Assembly: GCA_964558625.1 (NCBI GenBank)
Contig: CAZLEU010000002.1
Coordinates: forward strand, 6,618 to 70,617
Source of the DNA: an uncultured Flavobacterium sp.
GTDB taxonomy: Bacteria > Bacteroidota > Bacteroidia > Flavobacteriales > Flavobacteriaceae
Direction: 5' to 3'
Length of the DNA: 64,000 nt
Position numbers and translations under genes: made by a program. The notes under the pieces were generated by a model. It did no database searches, was not told where the DNA came from, and saw nothing but the letters and a program-made list of their open reading frames with translations. Each line of letters begins with the position of its first letter. The stretch's first letter is position 1. This document shows, one piece after another, positions 56,233-64,000 of the stretch.

Positions 56233-58277
56233 ACGTTAACTAATACTCCTTTTTCTAAATTCAAAAAATTTATTGATGCTTTCTCTTTGTTTTTGAGGTT
56301 TAATTTGGTGAAAATATTTCTATAGGTACTTATTCCTATTCCATTACCAATGTTTTCTTTGTCCATACCTTTTCCATTGTCTTTTACATGTATATATACA
56401 TTATTATCTTTTTCAAATAACTCTATATTTATTTCTCCTTCAACACCTTTTATGCCATGTTTAATAGAGTTTACTGCCAAATTTTTTAAGAGTAATCGGG
56501 GTATTTTAAACTTTTCATCTTTTACATTGTTGATAATGTTAAACTCAAATTTTGGAAAAACAATTTCTTGCTGGTAAATCAAATATTTTTTTAAATTTTC
56601 AATTTCAGTTTTTATGTCAGCAGTAATTTCTTTATGATTAAGAACAACATTTGTTATATCCCATAAATTAATTAATTGATTGTATAGTTTTTCGTCTTGT
56701 CGCATCAAGTTTTCAGTAACCAAATCTATATACGTTTTAATCTCATGTGGGTCTAATTGTTGATTGAGTGTTTGCAACTCCATTTCATTAATATTGTTAT
56801 GCAAATTGTTTAATTCAAATTCTAAATCTTTATCTTTTTGCTTTTGCCTACTTCTATAAAAATACCATATACCACTACCTACTAAAACTACAAACAAAAT
56901 TCCTGCTATTGCTATATTTCGATTGGTTTTTTCTTTTTCTATTTGGAGTTCTTGTGTTTTTATTTTTGCTTCCTTAAGTTGAGTTTCATTTTTAATTTCT
57001 TCCGAAATAATTGCTTTTTGTTTCTCGGTATCTAAAAACTGTTTTTCAACTCTTTTATATTCATTAAAATAATCTTCTGTAACTTTTTTTGATTCATTAG
57101 ATAAAGAGTTAGAAATCAAAAGTTCCAATGTTTCTTTTTTTTCTTTTAGTAAATTCTCTTTCTCAAAAATAGATAAAGCTTCTAATAAGTACCCTTTAGT
57201 CTTTTGGTTTTGATTTAATTTTTCATAACATAGTGCTAATCCAACCATAGCTTGACCATAATACATAGTAGCTCCAGATTTCTTATGAATGGCAAGTGAT
57301 TTTGTATAATAATCTATTGCTAGAGATTGATTACCTGCTTTTGAATTAATTTCTCCAAATAGTTGGTAAATGTTACCTAAATTATACTCAGTATTTGTGG
57401 CTAATATTATTTTTTTTGACTCCTCTAGATTTTTTAAAGCAGATTGTACTTTACCCAATCTAAAATAGTTATCAGCTAAATTAAATAATACTGTCGCTTT
57501 ACCCAAGGGATAATTGGTTTTGTTAAATTCATCCAATGCTTTGGTATTGTATTGTTTACTTTTGTTATAATCTTTGAGATTATTATAGACCGATGCAATG
57601 CTATTGTACGTAATTGCTATGGAAATAGGGTCATTAATTTGTTTTGAATATTTTAGTGACAAGAAAAGATTTTTTAAAGATAAATGATATTGCCCCAAAA
57701 AATTAAACGAATCACCCAAACCACTATAAATTGTTGAGAGATAAAATAATTTCTTTTTACTGTCATTTTGTTTGAGTTGAAAAGATAAAGCATTATTGTA
57801 CATTTGAATTGCGTTTTTCATTTCACCCTTATTTAAATAAACTTGAGCCAAACTTGCTTGATATACGGCTTTATCTAAATTCAATCCGGCTTTTTTTGTT
57901 AGATCAATTGCTATTAAGTATTTCTTTATTGCACCGTCTAGATTATTCTTAACCAAATCACAATTAGCAAGCGAGTTATATGCTCTTGATTGGTATTTAA
58001 AATCATCTTTATGGGCAATACTAAGTAGTTTGTGTGCATAATAACTTGCAGAGTCAACATTTGTTGTCTCAAAGCATTGTGCCAATTGTGATATTGTCTC
58101 TAAATTGGTTGGATTTTTTTTGCAGCTTAATTTAAGACTATCTAAGTTTTGAGTAACTTGAGAAAAAGAACATATTGTTATAAATGATAAAGTTACCATT
58201 AGATTAAATCGTTTAGTATTACCAAACAAACTAGTTTTTAACGCCTGCATATGATTTTTGTTAAATAAAATTATCAT
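56199..58277 (-). CDS. TPR-repeat sensor histidine kinase (LytS-like)
   Basis: TPR repeats, one TM segment, QQLDPHE, EIENLKKYL, NSIKHG, DNGKG, GIG. Confidence 0.88.
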   Translation of the reverse strand: MIILFNKNHMQALKTSLFGNTKRFNLMVTLSFITICSFSQVTQNLDSLKLSCKKNPTNLETISQLAQCFETTNVDSASYYAHKLLSIAHKDDFKYQSRAYNSLANCDLVKNNLDGAIKKYLIAIDLTKKAGLNLDKAVYQASLAQVYLNKGEMKNAIQMYNNALSFQLKQNDSKKKLFYLSTIYSGLGDSFNFLGQYHLSLKNLFLSLKYSKQINDPISIAITYNSIASVYNNLKDYNKSKQYNTKALDEFNKTNYPLGKATVLFNLADNYFRLGKVQSALKNLEESKKIILATNTEYNLGNIYQLFGEINSKAGNQSLAIDYYTKSLAIHKKSGATMYYGQAMVGLALCYEKLNQNQKTKGYLLEALSIFEKENLLKEKKETLELLISNSLSNESKKVTEDYFNEYKRVEKQFLDTEKQKAIISEEIKNETQLKEAKIKTQELQIEKEKTNRNIAIAGILFVVLVGSGIWYFYRSRQKQKDKDLEFELNNLHNNINEMELQTLNQQLDPHEIKTYIDLVTENLMRQDEKLYNQLINLWDITNVVLNHKEITADIKTEIENLKKYLIYQQEIVFPKFEFNIINNVKDEKFKIPRLLLKNLAVNSIKHGIKGVEGEINIELFEKDNNVYIHVKDNGKGMDKENIGNGIGISTYRNIFTKLNLKNKEKASINFLNLEKGVLVNVCIPKNYIFSN

Positions 58278-58510
58278 TGTAAATTAAACTTTAAAAAATT
58301 ATAAGAAATGTGTTTATTATATTGATATAACGCTACATACAACCATCGCTAAAATTAAAGCTAAATGATTGAAAAAGAACACGAAAAAACGTTCGAATAT
58401 GTTAATCCTAGTGGGACAACGTATAGCCCAGCAAAAAACAACTTAGCCGAAGTAATTAGCAAAAAACAACCTTCAGCAACAAAGTAAACGAACGCATTAT
58501 AGCTTTTTGC

Positions 58511-58530
58511 GGACTAAAAGTCCTTACTAC
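58511..58530 (-). repeat. GTAG-type REP-like palindrome
   Basis: Minus strand reads GTAGTAA-GGACT-TTT-AGTCC. Confidence 0.45.
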
Positions 58531-58619
58531 ACGTTTAATAACGCATTACAAATTACCGATTTATTAATGCCGCAAAATACAAAACAAAAAAACACCAACC
58601 AAACAATTCCTATCCATTC

Positions 58620-60447
58620 CTATTGATATTGCACCAAAACAGGTTTAGCAATTTCAAAATTAGGCAATCCAATATCATCTGTTTGGAAAGCATTAGTCTT
58701 AAAAATTGAATCACCAACACCAGGAATAGTAGGATAAAAAGAAAAAGAAATTTGAAAAGAACTAAAAACCAAATAATCATTACTTACAATCACACCAACA
58801 CCCAATTTCGAATAAAGCTTACTTCTCTTAAAATCGGTGTTTTTTTGACCCAACATTCCCATACTATAACTCAAAAAAGGATTTAACCTAAAACCTACAA
58901 GCCTCCAAGGCGAATAACCTTGAGTTTGAAAAGTAACCAATAGCTTTTTTGTACCCAAAAGTGTTTCACTAGTAAACCCTTGCAGCCCGTTAGGCTCATT
59001 AAGAGAAATTCGATCAGCATTCGTAGGCAATCGGTTAAAACCCAATGTTAGCTGAGGTTTTATAAACTGTCTAAAACTCCATTTCCCTGTTTCAATAAGA
59101 TTCGTAAAATAAATACAATTAAAATTCAGAACACTTTGAACTGTCTTACCTTCTTTAAAAAATGAACCATACTCAAAAGTGCCACTCCAATACCCAAACT
59201 TAAAATAATCCCCAATCGAAACTTTAGTACCACCGTAAAAACGATAGACAGTACTCTTTCTTTGATAACCTGTTGTTACATTATAAACAAATCCTGTAGC
59301 AACATCCTCTGTAACATTAAAATCAAAAAGTTGACTGTCTTGAACATACTTTCTAGATGAAATTCCCATGCCAACTAGATAAAGATTTTCCCTTGAGTAA
59401 ATCCCTAAGCTATCATATACAGCCACTGGTTTTTGAATATACTGTCTGTCAAAAAAACGAGAACTTATAATAAAATTAGTTGCCCTAGTATGCTCCGTTT
59501 TTCCTTTAAAAAGTTGAAACGAACGACCTGCCCATATATCTTGAGTATTGTATTTTATTTTTTCCACAAATATACTTTCACTTGTTTTTATAGAAGATGT
59601 TTCCATATTTTGACCAATATAGTAACCCGCAGCCCATTTTGCATAAGGTGAAAAAAAAGGCCTTTCGGCAGAAAAGTTTTTAGTGTAATTATTTTCCAAA
59701 TCTATTTGATATTGAATTGAAGTCTTAACAAATGTGTTCAAAATATTTGGAATAGTATAACGCGTACTATAACCAAATTTACTACTCGTCAAACTCTCCG
59801 AATACGAATTGGCAAACTCATGCCCGGTACCAATAAAATTTCGATCTTTCAAATAAAAAGTCGTTTGGCTCACCGAACCCCTTATATCGGGTAACAATGT
59901 CCACGCATCCAAAACTGTTACAGTTACATCTACCGAATCTTGAGAAACAATTTCCGAAGTAATAGCCACACGTCTAGCAAAACGTTGACTTCTTATCAAA
60001 CGTTCAGATTCCTTAACCAAAAGCGAATCAAAAGGATTATTTTTTTTAATTAAAAGAAGATTTCGAATAGCAAATTTTTTAGTCTTCACATGCAATGCAT
60101 TACCTGCTTTATAAACAAATTTAGATGGATGAGCAGTACTATCTGTAATAGAATATCCAAATGGATCAAGAGTTTTTATCTTTATATTTCGAATGATTTT
60201 GCATTCATATTTCGAAAAATCATTCTTTAATTTTTTTTGATAAGTATTTTTTTTTGACTTTTTGTTGTGCAACAGGTTCAAAAATCAATCGATGAATAAA
60301 TTTAGTAAACCTACTTTTTTTAGAATATCTCTCAATATCTCGATACACCTTAACAGTATCATTGGCAATAGGATTTTCCTGCGCCAATACAAATTGACAA
60401 CAGAAAATAAACACCAAGAGAAACCCATTTTTAAAAATAGATGACAT
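58620..60447 (-). pseudogene. BamA/TamA-like outer membrane protein (POTRA + barrel), frameshifted at a 9-nt homopolymer
   Basis: Signal-peptide ORF 60220-60447 joins 58620-60281 if T9 at 60247-60255 is T8; FDSLLVKESERLIR, DRNFIGTGH. Confidence 0.75.
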
Positions 60448-60551
60448 TCACATTTTTTTGTTTTTCAAAAATACTATTTATAATTTCAATTCATTACTCA
60501 TTTGAGTTTTATAAATTGTACAAAGTATTAAAATAGATTATCTTTGTTATT

Positions 60552-61025
60552 ATGCTCGAAACAACCTACATAAAGACACCATTAGGAGTCGCCAAAATAC
60601 AAGGTGACCAAGAAGGTATAACCATAATTTCTATCAATACCGAAGAAAAAACCACCACAAAAATCCCAAAAGTACTACAAGAAGCAGTAACACAACTAAA
60701 CGAATATTTCTTAGGAGAAAGAAAAAATTTCACTTTCAAATTAAATCCAAAAGGAACAGACTTTCAACAAAAAGTGTGGCAAGAACTAGCCCAAATTCCT
60801 TATGGGAAAACAATATCGTATATGGATTTATCAAAAAAATTAGGCGATATAAAAGCCATTAGAGCTGTTGCATCTGCCAATGGGAAAAACCCAATTTGGA
60901 TAGTAATTCCATGCCATCGTGTAATAGGTACTGACGGATCGTTAACAGGATACGCAGGCGGTTTATGGCGTAAAAAATGGCTTCTGGAACATGAAAACCC
61001 AACACATCAACAAAGTTTGTTTTAG
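60552..61025 (+). CDS. ogt: Methylated-DNA--protein-cysteine methyltransferase
   Basis: GTDFQQKVW, IPYGKTISY, RAVASANGKN, IPCHRV. Confidence 0.95.
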   Translation: MLETTYIKTPLGVAKIQGDQEGITIISINTEEKTTTKIPKVLQEAVTQLNEYFLGERKNFTFKLNPKGTDFQQKVWQELAQIPYGKTISYMDLSKKLGDIKAIRAVASANGKNPIWIVIPCHRVIGTDGSLTGYAGGLWRKKWLLEHENPTHQQSLF

Positions 61026-61072
61026 TTTTTTAAAAATGGGTAAAAAATAAATATTTAATTTTAATTACAAGT

Positions 61073-61495
61073 ATGCATAAAATAGTAAATAGTATAATCC
61101 TCTTTTTAGTATTTGGTTATTCACAAAGCCAAGAACTAAATTCAATTCAAGCAGAACCTGTACAAGCTACAATAGAACAAATAGCAAAAAAATGGCACGT
61201 AGTTAATTATAAAACAGATGCAAATCTAACCGAAAGTTTAAAAAAGAGAATAAAAAAAATACTAAAATCAAAATTCATTTTCAACAAAAAAGGATTTTTT
61301 AGTGATGGAACATTTGTAGAAGAAGATATTGGAGAATGGAAATTTACCAACAACAATAAATCTATAATCATCATCCAGAATGATTTGAAAATAACTTGGG
61401 ATATTATGAAAATCACAGAAGAAGAACTAATTTTAAAAAGAGAGGCTAACAATATAACAATTTTTTTTAGCACAAATAGAAATAAAAAATCATGA
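61073..61495 (+). CDS. Secreted hypothetical protein (lipocalin-like)
   Basis: Signal peptide, KKW, GEWKF, ITEEELIL pattern. Confidence 0.6.
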   Translation: MHKIVNSIILFLVFGYSQSQELNSIQAEPVQATIEQIAKKWHVVNYKTDANLTESLKKRIKKILKSKFIFNKKGFFSDGTFVEEDIGEWKFTNNNKSIIIIQNDLKITWDIMKITEEELILKREANNITIFFSTNRNKKS

Positions 61496-62205
61496 TAGAA
61501 AAAATCCGCCTAGATAACATCCTATTTTTAGACATCGAAACCGTACCACTTGAAGAAAAATATGACCACTTAGATGACGAAATGAAACTCTTGTGGGAAA
61601 CCAAAACACAATACCAAAGAAAAGACGATTATACACCAGAAGAATTTTATGATAGAGCAGGGATTTGGGCCGAATTTGGAAAAATAGTCTGTATTTCGGT
61701 TGGTTATTTCACTATCAAAAACGACATAAGAAACTTTAGAGTAACATCATTTTTTGGCGATGAGAAAAAAATACTTTTAGAATTTAACAATCTACTAAAC
61801 AATCATTTCAGTTATACACAACACCTGTTGTGTGGACATAATGCCAAAGAATTTGACATCCCATTTATAGCCAGAAGAATGATTATCAACCAAATTGCGA
61901 TTCCAAATAAGTTGAATCTTTTTGGCAAAAAACCATGGGAAATTCCACATCTCGACACATTAGAATTATGGAAATTTGGCGATTATAAACACTTTACATC
62001 ATTAAAACTATTAACCAAAATTTTAGGAATTCCATCATCAAAAGGCGACATCGATGGTAGCCAAGTTGGACATGTTTATTATATAGAAAAAGATATTGAT
62101 AGAATAGTGACCTATTGCGAAAAAGATGTGATTGCAGTAGCACAAGTATTCCTTAGACTTAGAAGAGAAGACCTATTAGTAGATGACGAAATTATGCATG
62201 TATAA
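61492..62205 (+). CDS. 3'-5' exonuclease (PolB-exonuclease-like, DEDD)
   Basis: FLDIETVP, GHNAKEFDIPF, YCEKDV. Confidence 0.9.
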   Translation: MIEKIRLDNILFLDIETVPLEEKYDHLDDEMKLLWETKTQYQRKDDYTPEEFYDRAGIWAEFGKIVCISVGYFTIKNDIRNFRVTSFFGDEKKILLEFNNLLNNHFSYTQHLLCGHNAKEFDIPFIARRMIINQIAIPNKLNLFGKKPWEIPHLDTLELWKFGDYKHFTSLKLLTKILGIPSSKGDIDGSQVGHVYYIEKDIDRIVTYCEKDVIAVAQVFLRLRREDLLVDDEIMHV

Positions 62206-63355
62206 ATTCTGAAAGCAGTTGTAAAACACGTTGCATTTCCTGTTTAGAATTGTAACTATGAATACAAAAACGCAAGCGTTCTTGACCTTCGGGAACGGTT
62301 GGCGACAGAATGGCTTTCACATCAAAACCATTTTGTTGCAAGTGATTAGCAATTGTTTTGACCTTTTCATTACCAGGAATAATAGCCGATTGAATAGCCG
62401 ATTTAGTTCTAACAAAAAGAGGTCTTAGATTTAATAATGTCTTCTGTTGGTTAAAAAAAACAATATTTTCACGCAAATTTTGGATGGTTTCGACTTCTTT
62501 TTCCAGTTGTTGATACGCAACCAAAATGGTCGCAATACAATGAGGTGAAAGTCCTGTGGTATAAATAAAACTTTTAGCAAAATTGACCAGATAGTTCGTC
62601 AACTCTATACTTCCCAAAACCGCTGCGCCATGACAACCTAATCCTTTTCCGAAGGTCATAATTCGAGCAAAAATCTCATTTTGAAAACCTGATTCCTGAA
62701 TTAACCCGCAACCATTTTGGCCAAAAACACCAAGTGCATGTGCTTCATCAACAACAAGTAAACAGTTGTGTTTTTTGGAAATAGCCACTAGTTTTTCAAT
62801 ATCGGGAGAATCCCCATCCATTGAAAAAACACTTTCGGTTACAACATAGATTTCAAAAAAAACACCTCGACTGCGTTCGGCGTGACAAACTGCAATTCTT
62901 TTTTCTAAATCATTCAAATCATTATGCTCAAACTTGTACGACTTGGCAAAACTCATTTTAATACCATCTCGAATGGAAGCATGAACATATTCATCAAACA
63001 AAATCACATCATTTCGTTGCGGAACAGCACTAAAAAAACCAACATTAGCATCATAACCCGAATTGAAAATCAAAGCACTCTCTGCTTGATGAAAATCAGC
63101 AATAAAAGCTTCAGTTTCTTGGTAAACATCATGATTTCCAGTAAGGAGGCGAGAACCAGTGGCGCCATTACGTTTTAAATTATTTTCAATCAAATATTGA
63201 TGTGCTTGATTAAAAATAGTTTCGTTTTTGGCAAATCCTAAGTAATCATTTGATGAAAAATCTACCCAATTATTGGGCAACGGCAATTTTCGCAAGGAAT
63301 TAGTTTGCTCTCGAAGTTTTAGTCTTGAAACCAATGATTTTGGAAAATACTTCAT
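62192..63355 (-). CDS. bioF: 8-amino-7-oxononanoate synthase
   Basis: DFSSNDYLG, GSRLLTG, SGYDAN, HASIRDG, SVFSMDGD, VDEAH, TFGKGLG, PTVPEG. Confidence 0.9.
   Translation of the reverse strand: MKYFPKSLVSRLKLREQTNSLRKLPLPNNWVDFSSNDYLGFAKNETIFNQAHQYLIENNLKRNGATGSRLLTGNHDVYQETEAFIADFHQAESALIFNSGYDANVGFFSAVPQRNDVILFDEYVHASIRDGIKMSFAKSYKFEHNDLNDLEKRIAVCHAERSRGVFFEIYVVTESVFSMDGDSPDIEKLVAISKKHNCLLVVDEAHALGVFGQNGCGLIQESGFQNEIFARIMTFGKGLGCHGAAVLGSIELTNYLVNFAKSFIYTTGLSPHCIATILVAYQQLEKEVETIQNLRENIVFFNQQKTLLNLRPLFVRTKSAIQSAIIPGNEKVKTIANHLQQNGFDVKAILSPTVPEGQERLRFCIHSYNSKQEMQRVLQLLSEFIHA
62865..62887. repeat. Short GC-rich repeat inserted in frame in bioF
   Basis: CCTCGACTGCGTTCGGCGTGACA encodes CHAERSR in a loop before IYVVTESVFSMDGD. 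Confidence 0.6.
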
Positions 63356-63388
63356 AGTTCAAAAGGATTGATTTCAAAAATAGAAAAA

Positions 63389-64000
63389 TTAAATTTTCTT
63401 TCTCATTCGTGCTACTGGAATATCGAGTTGTTCACGGTATTTTGCAATAGTTCTTCTCGCAATTGGATAGCCTTTTTCTTTTAAAATTTCAGCCAATTGA
63501 TCATCAGGAAGTGGTTTGCTTTTATCTTCTTCTTCAATTGTATTTTGAAGAATTTTTTTGATTTCGAGAGTTGAAACATCTTCACCTTCGGTATTTTTCA
63601 TTGCTTCAGAGAAGAATTCTTTTATTAATTTGGTTCCGTAAGGCGTATCAACATATTTACTATTAGCAACACGAGAAACAGTAGAAATATCAAGCCCAAC
63701 CATATCGGCTATATCTTTTAGAATCATAGGTTTAAGGCTAGTTTCTTCACCATCTAAAAAATAATCTCGTTGAAAATGCATAATCGCATTCATCGTTACA
63801 TAAAGTGTTTCTTGTCGCTGTTTGATAGCGTCAATAAACCACTTGGCAGAATCTAATTTTTGTTTGATAAACTGTACAGCATCTTTTTGCGAATGCGATT
63901 TGTCTTTAGAATTCTTATAAGTTTGCATCATTTCCTGATAATCTTTGGAAACGTGTAATGATGGCGCATTACGTCCATTAAGAGTCAATTCGAGTTCATC
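63389..64000 (-). CDS. rpoN: RNA polymerase sigma-54 factor (3' part; gene extends beyond the window)
   Basis: LKPMILKDIA, STVSR, RpoN box ARRTIAKYRE. Confidence 0.97.
   Translation of the reverse strand, partial: DELELTLNGRNAPSLHVSKDYQEMMQTYKNSKDKSHSQKDAVQFIKQKLDSAKWFIDAIKQRQETLYVTMNAIMHFQRDYFLDGEETSLKPMILKDIADMVGLDISTVSRVANSKYVDTPYGTKLIKEFFSEAMKNTEGEDVSTLEIKKILQNTIEEEDKSKPLPDDQLAEILKEKGYPIARRTIAKYREQLDIPVARMRKKI

Noticed and set aside
4950-58600. Single integrase-driven island or prophage
   Set aside because: No integrase, phage or conjugation genes, and no tRNA-derived attR found at the right boundary; the region looks like several acquisitions

Overview
AT-rich Bacteroidota window, most likely Flavobacterium. 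The assignment rests on TAnnTTTG promoters, T9SS C-terminal sorting domains and gene content. Core genes sit at both ends: serS, an M1 aminopeptidase, rseP and tRNA-Asn on the left; a BamA/TamA-like OMP, ogt, an exonuclease, bioF and rpoN on the right. Between them lies a ~53 kb accessory region starting at tRNA-Asn, with four parts. (1) 5.0-13.6 kb: a mosaic of an IS1-family transposase, an rve/DDE element with GCTCCC...GGGAGC ends that resemble the tRNA-Asn 3' end, chimeric ~195-bp mini-elements, and small cargo (class D beta-lactamase-VOC fusion, methyltransferase, Rhs fragment, 93-aa protein, OMP). (2) 13.9-34.5 kb: a Wzx/Wzy exopolysaccharide cluster with its own FIST / PAS hybrid kinase / sigma54-activator module, three matching enhancer + -24 promoter modules, and an unusual kinase-NTase-NMP kinase fusion. 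(3) 35-52.8 kb: a Tc toxin-complex locus (TcB-TcC fusion, small Zn-finger-like protein, 3102-aa TcA). Its Rhs-encapsulated cargo looks like a SleB/Hydrolase_2 cell-wall lytic transglycosylase with a long coiled-coil insert and no lysine in 315 aa. (4) 53.6-58.3 kb: a T9SS-secreted CHAP peptidoglycan hydrolase with a LytTR/TPR-kinase pair. The best candidates for an undescribed system are the putatively antibacterial Tc complex and the tRNA-mimicking repeat/cassette system. All family calls come from motif reading by eye; no searches were run.
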